Part shown: in pieces, positions 1-10,583 of the stretch
Layout: each line of letters begins with the position of its first letter
How positions within the stretch are numbered: the first letter of the stretch is position 1
Assembly: GCA_020353515.1 (NCBI GenBank)
Contig: CP070695.1
Span: 3,927,140 to 3,991,139 of the forward strand
Direction: 5' to 3'
Length of the DNA stretch: 64,000 nt
Origin: Candidatus Heimdallarchaeota archaeon
Lineage (GTDB): Archaea; Asgardarchaeota; Heimdallarchaeia; Hodarchaeales; Hodarchaeaceae
Program-made: the position numbers and the translations under genes
Notes under the pieces: generated by a model
Told to the model about the DNA's origin: nothing
Seen by the model: the letters and a program-made list of their open reading frames with translations, nothing else
Databases searched by the model: none

Positions 1-413
1 TTTCGTTTTTGCAACATCCCTTTTCGTAAATAGATCTCAGTAACATCGACAAATTTGATGGTTTTTTGTTCCACGGTAAAGAACCCCTCAAAATACTCAA
101 TACGATTAGGAAAAATACGATACTCGATATGACCAAGTGCTGTTTTTTTATACCAAATGACTAGAATCAGAGGTAATATAAAAAAGGTTAACGCACCCAC
201 AGCAAACATCATCACTGCCGTGTTAATATCGGCATCATCACCAACGGTGATAATACCAGTCACCATAGGGGACAACATCATCACAATTATCCCCCCAATT
301 ATAGCCAGAAAGACAGCTCCAGGTATTGCCTTTAAAAATACAACTGATGTTAGGAATTTGGGTTTTAAGATTATTGGCGCTTCATCAGATATATCCCGAA
401 TTGATGATTTCAT
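1..413 (-). CDS. Membrane protein with bacterial-type PH (bPH_2-like) domain; runs off the window start
   Basis: Not in the ORF track. Manual translation from ATG at 413 gives MKSSIRDISDEAPIILKPKFL, two TM segments, then EYRIFPNRIEYFEGFFTVEQKTIKFVDVTEIYLRKGMLQKR, a bPH-like pattern. Confidence 0.7.
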   Translation of the reverse strand, partial: MKSSIRDISDEAPIILKPKFLTSVVFLKAIPGAVFLAIIGGIIVMMLSPMVTGIITVGDDADINTAVMMFAVGALTFFILPLILVIWYKKTALGHIEYRIFPNRIEYFEGFFTVEQKTIKFVDVTEIYLRKGMLQKR

Positions 414-814
414 GATACATACCTACATTGATTATCTTTGATAAAAATTTTCAGCCCACTTTTAAAAAGATATGGGATTCAAACACCCACAGAATTCTTT
501 ACTTCAGAAATGTGATTCAAATTTAAAATTATGTGGACATACGGAGGTTCGTGTGTAATACCAACGTATCTTCTTTTTGGAAGAGTAAATATAGTAGATA
601 GATTGAAAATTCACATTCTAGAAACTCTCCCAAATGTCTCTTAGAAATCGGATATATTTCAAGTCTGATGATTAGATGATAAAACAAATATAAAGAGAGT
701 CTGGAGATTCAAAAGTGTTAAATCCCGATGGTTTGACTATTAATTGAGAGATACACATAAACATCTTAAACATTGGTTTTTAATCTCTTTTTTCCTTTCT
801 TTTTTTTCCATATT

Positions 815-878
815 GTACGGGGCAAGTCCCCTTTAGGGGATGAAGGGTATGTATATAAAAATTTGACTTAACCAACGT
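815..878. repeat. Dispersed ~65-bp intergenic repeat, copy A (TCCCC-N4-GGGGA palindrome ... AACCAACGT)
   Basis: Aligns by eye to 14100-14164 with about 10 differences in 65 nt. Confidence 0.8.
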
Positions 879-989
879 TCTCTGACATCTTATTAATTAA
901 CTTTTAATTAGCAGGTGGATCAAGAAATACTGTGTGTTAACTGTAACTTTGAATGAAAAATAAATAATTGAATCAAAAGTGATAATAAA

Positions 990-1667
990 ATGAGTCAAAA
1001 GGTAATTAGCCGTTTTTCGGAATTTCTTCAAGAGATTGAAAACCAATGTAAAAATATCTCAACAAGGGCAGCAGGAGATTGGGAGAAAACAATTAAAGAA
1101 GGGATTTTAACTACTTTTCTAAGAGATACAATAACAGGTATCGAAGATCAATATTCTAAGTTCCTTCAGGATGAACAGCGGAAGAGTACACTCCTATCTA
1201 ATATCTATGAAATCGTAACAAGTCATTTAATTAAGTCTTTTTTTGAATCATTAGACAGGGAGAGGTTTTCAATTATCTTGGACACACCTCTTTCAGCTCA
1301 TTCTCCCTCATTGAAGAAGGGAAGAATGAGACCTGATATTTTAGTTAAAAGGGATGGTACGTTTGCAGGACTAATCGAACTCAAATATAAATTAAAAAGA
1401 ACAGGATATGTGTCAGAAAAAAAGAGACGATCAGAACTATTAGCTATTTTTCCTCGTTATATTGTCCTCCAATATTGGGATCAAGAAATAGAATTTGTTA
1501 AATCACTCATACGAGAAAAATGCGACTGGATTTATCTTGTTGACCCTCATAAGCAAATAGAACAGATTCAAAATTCTCAGAAATTCAATAATATCCAAAA
1601 ACAACAAGCAATTGATAGATTAAATACTCATAATGCAGTAGAATTAGCCTTGAACAATTTCATATAA
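990..1667 (+). CDS. PD-(D/E)xK nuclease-fold protein (restriction-endonuclease-like)
   Basis: Motif RPDILVK...GLIELKY. Confidence 0.6.
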   Translation: MSQKVISRFSEFLQEIENQCKNISTRAAGDWEKTIKEGILTTFLRDTITGIEDQYSKFLQDEQRKSTLLSNIYEIVTSHLIKSFFESLDRERFSIILDTPLSAHSPSLKKGRMRPDILVKRDGTFAGLIELKYKLKRTGYVSEKKRRSELLAIFPRYIVLQYWDQEIEFVKSLIREKCDWIYLVDPHKQIEQIQNSQKFNNIQKQQAIDRLNTHNAVELALNNFI

Positions 1668-1863
1668 GGGGATGTTCCATTTTTCTTCTTCTAGAATTAG
1701 AGCTAGCCAGCCTACTATATTAATGAGGCTATAAATATCTCCCTGCGGGCTTGGTTTCCCCTTTTCTCTGTCGGGATGACTTATTCGTAGTTTGTATTTT
1801 TATCGTTCTATCGATCCCTCTGAAGTTCTTCCTTTTGGAGGTAAAAAAAGAGAAAGGAGGGGA

Positions 1864-4419
1864 CTAGGTTTCTCGTTTTCTTTTTCTTACTATCAGTATC
1901 CCCAAAATCCAAACCAAGTAGAACACAGTCATTCCAGGTGTTGTCTCTGATGATGTAGTAGTTGGTGTGGTTGTGCTTGTTTCTATCTCATTGTGGATTG
2001 TAAATGTGCCGTTTGAGACATCCTCTGCCATTACTCCTTCAGAACATGTGGCAACTACCTTGATCAGATAACTGAGCCCATTTGGTACATCCGTTGTATC
2101 CCAAGAGTAACTGGTAGTAGTGAGTCCGCTAGCCAACTCTGTCCATGTCGCTCCTTCATCTGAAGAGTAAAATACGATGTATGTAATGGAATGATTTAAG
2201 TTGTCGTGAGATACGCTCCATTCAATGGTAGCTGTGCCAGTCAGCGTTTCTCCCCCATTAGGTGAAGAAATCGTAGGAAGAGAGAGACCATTGTGCACCA
2301 TGAAAGGACCATCCAACGTGGTTTCCACTATTAAACCCTCTGTGCAAGAAGCTTTGACCTTGATTAGATAATTTGTCCCATCAGTTACAGTGGTGGTATC
2401 CCATGTATCTGTAGTCGTTGTGATCCCTGATACAATCTGTACCCAGGTTGTAGCGTTATCAACAGAGTAATAGACACTATAGTTTACTTCGTGGAACCAA
2501 GTATCCACTACAGGGATCCAAGTAATCTCAGCTTGCCCTGTAAGAATAGTATCTTCGGTTGGAGAAGTTATACTCAAGGCAGATAGCCGATGTGGTGTGT
2601 TAATAACAAGGAATGTCTCAGTAGGTTCTGTTTTTGACACAAAACCAATGGAGTCAGTTGAATGAATTTTGAGAACGACATGAGTGTGATCTTCAATAGA
2701 TGTCGTGTCCCATGTAGAAGATGTAGTGCTTAAGCCTGACGCGAGTGTTGTCCAACTTCCTCCGTCATCAGACGAGTAAAAGGCCGTATAAGTTATTGGA
2801 TGGTCAAACGTGTCCACAGATGCAGTCCATTGGATAGGTACAAGTCCAGATAAGGTTAAATTATCAGTGGTTGGTGTTATAATGCTTGGTACAGACAGAT
2901 GGTTTGGATTCGTTTGCGGGGAAAGATCCTGATTTCTGGCATCTCCATCAATTGCATATGAGCCTGTTTCACTCCAATCACTCCAGTAGTTTTGGTCAAA
3001 CGTATTGCTTGAACCATTATCAATGGCTTGTTCTCCTTCTATGTTATTGTTTAGAAAATCGTTCTGGGTTATAGAATTCATGTATGTGTCTGACGTTATA
3101 GCTAGTCCATACTCCTCATTCTCATAACATACATTATGGGTTATAATTGATTGATTTGCTATGAAACCACATAGAATCCCTTGTTTGGTGTTCTCGGAAA
3201 TTTCATTCCCCTTAATGATTGTAGCGTTAGAACTCCAACCAACTGCTATTCCATTTCTGGTGTTGGTTTTTACCACATTTTCAGAAACATTAACATCTGC
3301 TCCCCAATAGACTAGAATCCCATTGTGATAATTATTGTAGACATTATTTTTGGATATATGTATGCGAGTTCCAATGCCTGTGATGCTACCCGATGCATAC
3401 TCATTTTCATGGGTCGGTTGACCAGGTCTAGATTTATAACTATTATTGTAGCAGATATTTTCAGTAACTTTCGCGTCAGTGTCATTACGTAAAAAAATTC
3501 CACTACTACTGCTGTTCCAGACCGTATTTCGGGTAATTTCAGTAAAGGTCGTAAACCTACACCAAATCCCCTGCCATGAACTATTCCAGATCGTATTGGA
3601 CACTAAGGTTGTATAACTTGAATTCTCAACCTTTATTCCACCACCAGTATTGAAGAATTTATTGTCAGAGATTAAATTCTCTGATGTATGATCAATGAGC
3701 ATTCCTGCATAAACAATATCAAAGATTGTATTATTAGTAAATGTATTCATATTGGAAGAATCTAATATTCCAATCCCATGATTACCAGAGGATATTGTGT
3801 TATTTATCAGTTTATTTAAGCTGGAAGCCCACATATTAATTTCAGTCCAACCTTGGTTATTAGTTACTGAATTGTTAATTAACCAATTCTTGTCAGAATA
3901 CTCAAGATTAATCCCAATTCCATTATTTTTGAGAGTATTATTTGTCATGATATTGCTACTAGATGCAATAAGATAAATACCGTTGTCTGTTGTATTAATG
4001 ACAATAGTCTTTTCTATTGTACCATTACCCACATTTTCTAAGCGGATTCCATTTGTTGCCGTTGTTAAACCATCAAGAAGACAATTAGTAATGCAGAAAT
4101 AGTAGGTCGTACCACTGATAGAAATCAAATTTCCACTTGAGGCTGTAATGTTGTAACCTTCTATCCGTATAGGATCATCAATCGTGCCATTACCGGGAAA
4201 TCCTGAATTGTTTAGCTGAAAATTCGAAGTAATGGTAATAGGTTCACTTTCAATATATGCTTGAGTACTAATAATCTTCAGGGTAGGTAGCCAATTTTCC
4301 CCCAGATTCATGTACCGCTCCTCTCTCATGGGTTGAAGTTCATATAGTCTTACTTGATCATTCATTCCCAGAAATAGAAGAGCAGTTATTGCTAGAATGA
4401 CTATTTTATGTTTGTTAAT
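1864..4419 (-). CDS. Cell-surface parallel beta-helix (NosD/CASH) protein with three Ig/FN3-like repeats and a C-terminal TM sorting anchor
   Basis: GI(x)L...N(x)I(x)NN repeats; three repeats of the type YSSDxGxTWxxLASGLxTTxxxWDTT; Thr-rich linker followed by TPG-TM-RKRKR. The ORF track starts at 4365, but the frame with a signal-peptide-like segment extends to ATT at 4419. Confidence 0.85.
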   Translation of the reverse strand: MNKHKIVILAITALLFLGMNDQVRLYELQPMREERYMNLGENWLPTLKIISTQAYIESEPITITSNFQLNNSGFPGNGTIDDPIRIEGYNITASSGNLISISGTTYYFCITNCLLDGLTTATNGIRLENVGNGTIEKTIVINTTDNGIYLIASSSNIMTNNTLKNNGIGINLEYSDKNWLINNSVTNNQGWTEINMWASSLNKLINNTISSGNHGIGILDSSNMNTFTNNTIFDIVYAGMLIDHTSENLISDNKFFNTGGGIKVENSSYTTLVSNTIWNSSWQGIWCRFTTFTEITRNTVWNSSSSGIFLRNDTDAKVTENICYNNSYKSRPGQPTHENEYASGSITGIGTRIHISKNNVYNNYHNGILVYWGADVNVSENVVKTNTRNGIAVGWSSNATIIKGNEISENTKQGILCGFIANQSIITHNVCYENEEYGLAITSDTYMNSITQNDFLNNNIEGEQAIDNGSSNTFDQNYWSDWSETGSYAIDGDARNQDLSPQTNPNHLSVPSIITPTTDNLTLSGLVPIQWTASVDTFDHPITYTAFYSSDDGGSWTTLASGLSTTSSTWDTTSIEDHTHVVLKIHSTDSIGFVSKTEPTETFLVINTPHRLSALSITSPTEDTILTGQAEITWIPVVDTWFHEVNYSVYYSVDNATTWVQIVSGITTTTDTWDTTTVTDGTNYLIKVKASCTEGLIVETTLDGPFMVHNGLSLPTISSPNGGETLTGTATIEWSVSHDNLNHSITYIVFYSSDEGATWTELASGLTTTSYSWDTTDVPNGLSYLIKVVATCSEGVMAEDVSNGTFTIHNEIETSTTTPTTTSSETTPGMTVFYLVWILGILIVRKRKRET

Positions 4420-4550
4420 TTTCTTTCACCTTCCAATAAGTGATCTATGTGGACTTCCAACCATATCTTCTTAAAATCAGAGAGTATTTTCCCTTTTGGA
4501 AAGTATTTTCTCTTCCTTCAGGGTTAGCTATGGGTGGTTTCCTTTCTACT

Positions 4551-6287
4551 TCAGATATAGAACGCGCCTTCTTTTTCTTGTAATCGTGTTATCGTCACTT
4601 TTAACGTCTCTTTCAGGGTATACAGCAAATTAAATCCCTTTTGAGTAATAGTATAGCTTCGATAGCGGCCATCTCGAAGGACTTGGGGAGACACATATGA
4701 TTCAATATACTGTAACTCTTTTAATTTCTTGATTTCTTTTGACAGAGTTGATGTGGGGATATTTAGGCTTTGGGCTAGCTTTGCAGGATTGGTATCGCTT
4801 GGATCCTGGTAAGCTATCTCAATTAATGTGGAAATTGTTCGCCATTTCATTCCTGATTGGAGATCCTCTTTAATATCAGAGGGAAAGAATTCGAGCAGGG
4901 TTGTTGGTTCCGCTGGTTCTAGGAGCGGGACAATCTCTGGCTGTGGCAGCATACTCGTTTGGAGATTTTCAATTCCTACCACGAGTTTGTTATAGATCGG
5001 TTTTATTATCTCAATCTGTTTTTCTATAGTAAATTCTGTAAAGGGTTCTTCTGGTTCAACCTCTGCTTTATTCAGTCTGGTGATGACAAGACCTATACTT
5101 ATAATTCCTCCTATCGCTATAATCACCACTCCAAGAAACAGTATAACCCAAGAATTATCTGGTACGTTCTGTGTTTTTTCAATTGCGTCCGAAGAGAACT
5201 CGGTTAGTGGGTAAGGATCAGTATTATTCGCATTTCCATCAATAAGATATGGATTATCGATTATCAAGTCGTTATTAGTGTCTGATATTGGCCATTCGTC
5301 CCAATAATTATAGGTAAAGGCGTTATTAGTTCCGTTGTCTAGTGCTTGAGTCTTTCCTCCATTATTCTGTACTAAATTATTGAATTGTATCACGTTGTTC
5401 CTCGATCCTATAGTCACCTGTATTCCATACCCCATATTTTCTGAGATATTATTCCAAGAAATCGTATTTCTCGTGGTGTATTCCAGCTGAATGCCATGGT
5501 TTTGGTTATTATAAATGGTATTATTTTTAATGATGTTGTGATGGGCCGATTTGAGGAGTTTTATCCCATGACCGTTGCTAAACAGCAGATTATTGTTTAT
5601 CTCCGTATTAGAGGAGTTATCCAAAAGAATGCTGCTTTGGGTGAATTCACCGTCCTGATGGTTGTAAATGGTGTTATTTTGAATTGTTATATTCCAACAA
5701 TTCTTTAGATGTACGCCATTTGCTTTGTTACTATGTATTGTATTCGCTGTAAGGGTGCATTTGGTGGTTTTCTGGAGGAACAACCCAAATTCAGTGTTTG
5801 AGCTAATACTATTGTTTTGAAAAATGGTTTCCGATGTGTTACTAACAAATAATCCATCCTTACACCTAGTAATCATGTTATTTTCAATTCTACCGTGTTG
5901 GACGTTTGAAAGAGTGATTCCTGCTGATGTTGTGGTCATACCATTAAGATAATTATCAGTAATAAGGAAAGCAACATCTGTATCTCTAATTATGATTAGA
6001 TCGTTTAATGATGAGGTGATATTGAATCCTTCAATCCGAAAAGGATCATCCTTACTTCCACTTCCGGCGAATCCATGGGATTCAAAAGCATCATTGGAAG
6101 TAATCGTAATAGGGTTGGTAGGCGTCAAACTCTGTATCTTTTGTTTTATTTGTGTTGATGAATCAAATCGAGTTACAGGAGATAGAAATCCCCTGATCTC
6201 CGCTTTAGCCTTGGTGTAGTGTCCCTCATTTGTACTTATCATAAGTGTGATAATAACTAAACTGATTATTAGCTTAGAATAGTTCAA
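4551..6287 (-). CDS. Signal peptide, beta-helix ectodomain, single TM and cytoplasmic winged-HTH regulator
   Basis: NosD-like repeats; TM WVILFLGVVIIAIGGIISIGLVI; C-terminal NPAKLAQSLNIPTSTLSKEIKKLKELQYIE...YTITQKG wHTH. Confidence 0.85.
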   Translation of the reverse strand: MNYSKLIISLVIITLMISTNEGHYTKAKAEIRGFLSPVTRFDSSTQIKQKIQSLTPTNPITITSNDAFESHGFAGSGSKDDPFRIEGFNITSSLNDLIIIRDTDVAFLITDNYLNGMTTTSAGITLSNVQHGRIENNMITRCKDGLFVSNTSETIFQNNSISSNTEFGLFLQKTTKCTLTANTIHSNKANGVHLKNCWNITIQNNTIYNHQDGEFTQSSILLDNSSNTEINNNLLFSNGHGIKLLKSAHHNIIKNNTIYNNQNHGIQLEYTTRNTISWNNISENMGYGIQVTIGSRNNVIQFNNLVQNNGGKTQALDNGTNNAFTYNYWDEWPISDTNNDLIIDNPYLIDGNANNTDPYPLTEFSSDAIEKTQNVPDNSWVILFLGVVIIAIGGIISIGLVITRLNKAEVEPEEPFTEFTIEKQIEIIKPIYNKLVVGIENLQTSMLPQPEIVPLLEPAEPTTLLEFFPSDIKEDLQSGMKWRTISTLIEIAYQDPSDTNPAKLAQSLNIPTSTLSKEIKKLKELQYIESYVSPQVLRDGRYRSYTITQKGFNLLYTLKETLKVTITRLQEKEGAFYI

Positions 6288-6348
6288 TTCTATCCAACAT
6301 TTACAAGTAATTTTTTTTATGAGGTTTCACTCTGTTGTGTAAGAAAGG

Positions 6349-6657
6349 TCATTGATCAGGGGTTTCCGGAAGCATCGGAGGAGGAATAAACCTCATACCT
6401 ATTAAGTAAATGATCATCCCAACGGTTCCAATAATTAGAAAGATGAAACTGGAAAATAATAGATTCAATACCTTATTAGTATTTGGATGAGCAGCTCCAA
6501 CAATAGTAAATAAGCCAATTATTCCAATAAAAATCACTAGAACTCCAATTAGGATGCTTAAAAGGCTTAAAAATCCTACCGTGATCATGATCTTTCCTTT
6601 AATACTGGTATGTTTCCACGCAGCTATCACCCAGAATCTTTCTGACATTTTTTTCAC
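6349..6657 (-). CDS. Small two-TM membrane protein
   Basis: Two hydrophobic helices in 102 aa. Confidence 0.6.
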   Translation of the reverse strand: MKKMSERFWVIAAWKHTSIKGKIMITVGFLSLLSILIGVLVIFIGIIGLFTIVGAAHPNTNKVLNLLFSSFIFLIIGTVGMIIYLIGMRFIPPPMLPETPDQ

Positions 6658-7224
6658 TCAAGTTACTCTATGTTATAAAAACGCATGCTCATTGTATACA
6701 CTAACAAGAAAGTTTTTTCTGTGACTTTGGATCTATTAAATAAGAGGAGTTTTAGGGATCAGGGTTAACTTTTTTCAAAAATAATAGGATTAATCTTTTG
6801 AGTCAATATGAACGATTAAATTATCACCACGGAGAAAACCTAAGGGATCAAAGCCAGCCTGATGGAAAATTAAGCCAATCTTGTCAAGGATACAGATCTG
6901 ACATACCCCAGTACTACATTTGGGGATATATCCAACGTTCACTGACTTTTCATAAATTATGACTTCACATTTGAAGTCATTTTTGAATATAACCAACGGT
7001 TAATGTCCAAATATCATGAAATTTTGATAAATTTAATTTTAAGTGTTGATGCAGAGCAAGACTGATTGTACCATTTCCGTCGAAATAATTTCTGTATTTC
7101 GAAAAAATAAACATCGCGAAATTATGCATTGATCTGTTTTACGCATCGAAATAGTGCCTGTTGTCAGATGTCTGAGATATTTAAATAAAACAACACAAGA
7201 ATAGTTGACTGGGGGCATACAACA

Positions 7225-7362
7225 ATGAAATTTAATAAAAAATCAAACTATGGTAAGGAAAAAAATTCAGATGAACAAGTTGAAACAGAAATTAAAGAAC
7301 TCTTACGTAATTTTTTTAATTTTTATAAAACGAAACAAGTAAGTAAGTTCCCTTCACACTAG
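7225..7362 (+). pseudogene. Short ORF or gene fragment (45 aa)
   Basis: MKFNKK...EQVETEIKELLRNFFNFY, preceded by a G-rich RBS-like stretch; ends abruptly. Confidence 0.3.
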
Positions 7363-7690
7363 GCCTTAGTTCGAACGACCCGATTTTAATAAATTATGAA
7401 TAATATTCGATTCGATTATTAAATCATGAGAAATTCCTTTATTTGCCCCTTCTCTTTATTCACTATTGTGAATTTTTCCCAAAATGAGAATTAGAAACTC
7501 ATTATTTTGTATTTATAATTTAAGTCAAAGGGTTAAAATAGATTTCTTTGACACCAAAAATGTGTTTTCAAAATGAGATTATAACTGGAAAGAACGATTT
7601 TTTTTGATAATCATATCAATTTAAGACTATGATTCAAGAAAATACCTTTCTAGTCTATTTAACTTCAATTGAACTCTAAATTAAATAGAG

Positions 7691-9109
7691 ATGTTTCTAA
7701 TGAAAATAGCAGTATTAAACGGAAGTCCGAAAGGAGAGCTGAGTTTTACTCTACAGTATGTCCAGTATATTAAACAATTCCATCCTGAACATGAATGGGT
7801 AATCTTAGATGTCGCAAAAAAGATTAAGAAGCTTGAAAGGAGAGATACAGAGTTCCAAGCGGTAATAGAGGAGATAAAATCAGCAGATGGAGTATTATGG
7901 AGTTTTGGGCTTTATGTATTATGTGTACCTTCGCAGTACATGAGATTTATCGAATTAATATCAGAGAAAAAGGTAAGAGATGCTTTTAAAGGCAAATATA
8001 CAGGCATAATTTCGAGTTCGATTCACTATTATGACCATACAGCCCATCAATACCTCAGGGCAGAATGTGAAGATCTAGAAATGAAATTTATTGATGGAAT
8101 ATCAGTTTACCTTAACGATTATCGACTAAAAGAGATAAGACATCTACTTCGGATCTTCATGGAAAATTTTCTGAATTCCATTGAAAATCAAGAGACAACT
8201 ACAAAATTATATTCACCATTACAATTTTCTGATTTCAACTATAAACCCTCTACGCCAAATCAGCGAATTGACAAAACAGACAAAAAAATTGTTGTGTTAA
8301 CTGACGAGTATAACCCAAGCAGTAATCTAGGAAAAATGATAAGTCGATTCAATGAATCATTTTCAAATGATATCGAAATTATTGACTTAAATACGATAGA
8401 AATAAAAGGAGGATGCTTGGGGTGTATGCGCTGTGGATATGACTATAACTGCGTTTATAAGGATGAGTTTAAAGATGTCTATAACAACCGAATAAAAACA
8501 GCGGATATAATTATTTTTGCAGGAACAATGAAAGGACGGTATTTATCAGCAAAATGGAAACAATTCTATGATCGATCGTTTTTTTGGAATCATACCCCCT
8601 CGTTAGCAGGAAAGCAAATAGGATATTTGATTTCTGGCCCATTAAGTCAAAATCAAAATTTAATAGAAATTCTTGAGGCATCAGCTACAACCCGTCAAGA
8701 TGCAAATTTTGCTGGGATGATTACGGATGAAATTGCTGATTCAAAAGTTTTAGACGAACAACTGTACAGTTTTGCTCGTCAGATTCTATATTTTTCAGAA
8801 CGAGATTATATCCGTCCACAGAATTTCTTAGGTGTGGGAGGACACAAAGTCTTCAGAGATGAAATCTGGGGCCCCATACGGATGATCTGGCAAGCAGATC
8901 ATAGATATTTTAGAAAACATGGCAAATACGACTTCCCTCAGACTAGATATTTCATTAGAATTGGAAATTTCTTCATACTTTTGTTGTGTAAAATTCCTCG
9001 TTTTAGAAAAAAGTTCTATAACAATTTAAAGTCCATGCCTGCAAACAGGATGAAAAATTCACTTGATAAAGCTGCATTAAAAGAGATTAGAGCAGCAAAA
9101 GCATCGTAA
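7691..9109 (+). CDS. Tandem flavodoxin-fold NAD(P)H-dependent FMN reductase / iron-sulfur flavoprotein
   Basis: N-terminal VLNGSPK; second domain with GCLGCMRC...C cluster. Confidence 0.85.
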   Translation: MFLMKIAVLNGSPKGELSFTLQYVQYIKQFHPEHEWVILDVAKKIKKLERRDTEFQAVIEEIKSADGVLWSFGLYVLCVPSQYMRFIELISEKKVRDAFKGKYTGIISSSIHYYDHTAHQYLRAECEDLEMKFIDGISVYLNDYRLKEIRHLLRIFMENFLNSIENQETTTKLYSPLQFSDFNYKPSTPNQRIDKTDKKIVVLTDEYNPSSNLGKMISRFNESFSNDIEIIDLNTIEIKGGCLGCMRCGYDYNCVYKDEFKDVYNNRIKTADIIIFAGTMKGRYLSAKWKQFYDRSFFWNHTPSLAGKQIGYLISGPLSQNQNLIEILEASATTRQDANFAGMITDEIADSKVLDEQLYSFARQILYFSERDYIRPQNFLGVGGHKVFRDEIWGPIRMIWQADHRYFRKHGKYDFPQTRYFIRIGNFFILLLCKIPRFRKKFYNNLKSMPANRMKNSLDKAALKEIRAAKAS

Positions 9110-9152
9110 TATCGTAGTTACTATATCAGGCGTTACTTGACGTAGCAGAGAG

Positions 9153-10013
9153 ATGATAAAGGTGATAAGACAAGATCCTGCAGAACAACTTGATCCTTCA
9201 TTTAATATCATTACTCCTATATTGATTGTAATTATCTTTCTTATCGCACTAATCTTGATGAGAAGAGCTAATCTGTCTAAGAATAAGGCAAATTTACTTT
9301 CTGTGGTTTCTTTTTTGGGTATTGGCTTAATATTAGGGGGAAGACCCAACCCTGTAAACGCCTTCAACCAAATATTCGCAAATCTGATCCCATCGACATC
9401 TATGTCATTTAGACTATTACTTTCCGCATTGGGTGTTTTTTCTCTTATACTAGCTTCGGTTATACTCTTTAGTAGGATATTTTGCGGTTATGCATGCCCT
9501 CTTGGATCTATGCAAGAGTTGGCCTCTAAGGTTAACTTTAAATCGAATTTAAAAGCACAAAAAAAAGTTAAATATAGCTTCGATCCTCCTGAGAGAAGTT
9601 TAAGAATCACCCGTTGGATTTACCTTGGTATTCTAGGATTAACCGCATTACTATTGGGATTCTCTGTTTCCCAGTTTCTAGATCCCTTCAATGGATTTCA
9701 GTTCATGGAGGAATTAGCCCTCTTTACAGTGATTTTCTTAATAATGATTTTAATAACGAGCTTCTTCATTTATCGGCCATGGTGTCGGATATTCTGCCCA
9801 TTTGGTACTATTTCTGGATTAATTTCTTTTAGTCAGTATAGATACGTACGTACGGATGAATGCACAGATTGTGGCTTATGTGAAAAAATCTGCCCCAGCC
9901 ATGCAGCAGATCGTGGTGATAAAAAAACCGAATGCTATTATTGCAATCGTTGTGTTGAAATTTGTCCTCAAGACGCTATTAAATATGCAAAAGCAACATC
10001 TACAAAAAATTAA
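9153..10013 (+). CDS. Membrane 4Fe-4S binding protein (NapH/MauN-like)
   Basis: FCGYACPLG, WCRIFCPFG, CTDCGLCEKICP and CYYCNRCVEICP motifs plus TM helices. Confidence 0.9.
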   Translation: MIKVIRQDPAEQLDPSFNIITPILIVIIFLIALILMRRANLSKNKANLLSVVSFLGIGLILGGRPNPVNAFNQIFANLIPSTSMSFRLLLSALGVFSLILASVILFSRIFCGYACPLGSMQELASKVNFKSNLKAQKKVKYSFDPPERSLRITRWIYLGILGLTALLLGFSVSQFLDPFNGFQFMEELALFTVIFLIMILITSFFIYRPWCRIFCPFGTISGLISFSQYRYVRTDECTDCGLCEKICPSHAADRGDKKTECYYCNRCVEICPQDAIKYAKATSTKN

Positions 10014-10052
10014 ATTTATTCACGAACCTAAGAAGGAGAAGAAAGTGATAAA

Positions 10053-10490
10053 ATGAGTTATTTTGGAGCAGCTCTTGGAACAGCAATTGGAATGATGATT
10101 AGTACAGTGATCTTCTCAAATGCCTGGAGAGTAAAATCATATCTACCAAAAGAGTATGATTTCACGCATGAGTGGGGGAAAAAATTTGTTAAAACTGACA
10201 AAAAGGCTTATACATATATGTTACGATCATTCATAGGCATAATCTTTCATCCAATTGTATTTGTATTTATTTGGGGCCGAGAAGGACTTCTAAGGATCAA
10301 TTTATTGAATAATGATATTATAAGTGCAGTAGTGCTCTTGCTAATCGAATCACTCACGTTTAGTTTTGCCATCTGGATGGATATTGTGAAAATAAGACCA
10401 GAGAATCTTAAGACAAGAATTATCCCATTGCAAATTGGAATACACCTGATGGTGGGGTTTTTAATGGGATATTTTTATACAATCTTTTGA
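10053..10490 (+). CDS. Hypothetical membrane protein
   Basis: About 4 hydrophobic segments; directly follows the Fe-S gene. Confidence 0.65.
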   Translation: MSYFGAALGTAIGMMISTVIFSNAWRVKSYLPKEYDFTHEWGKKFVKTDKKAYTYMLRSFIGIIFHPIVFVFIWGREGLLRINLLNNDIISAVVLLLIESLTFSFAIWMDIVKIRPENLKTRIIPLQIGIHLMVGFLMGYFYTIF

Positions 10491-10583
10491 AATTCGATTT
10501 ATTCAGGGTAAAAGCTAGATAGCAAGCATCAACAACTATAATTATATTGGAAAATTTAGAACCCTTTATGTGAACCCCAATCG

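Noticed and set aside
157-441. 94-aa plus-strand ORF
   Set aside because: It is the antisense shadow of the minus-strand PH-domain membrane gene (1-413).
6790-6996. 68-aa minus-strand ORF
   Set aside because: It runs through the CCAACG/hairpin repeat region and has no recognisable motif; at most a gene remnant.
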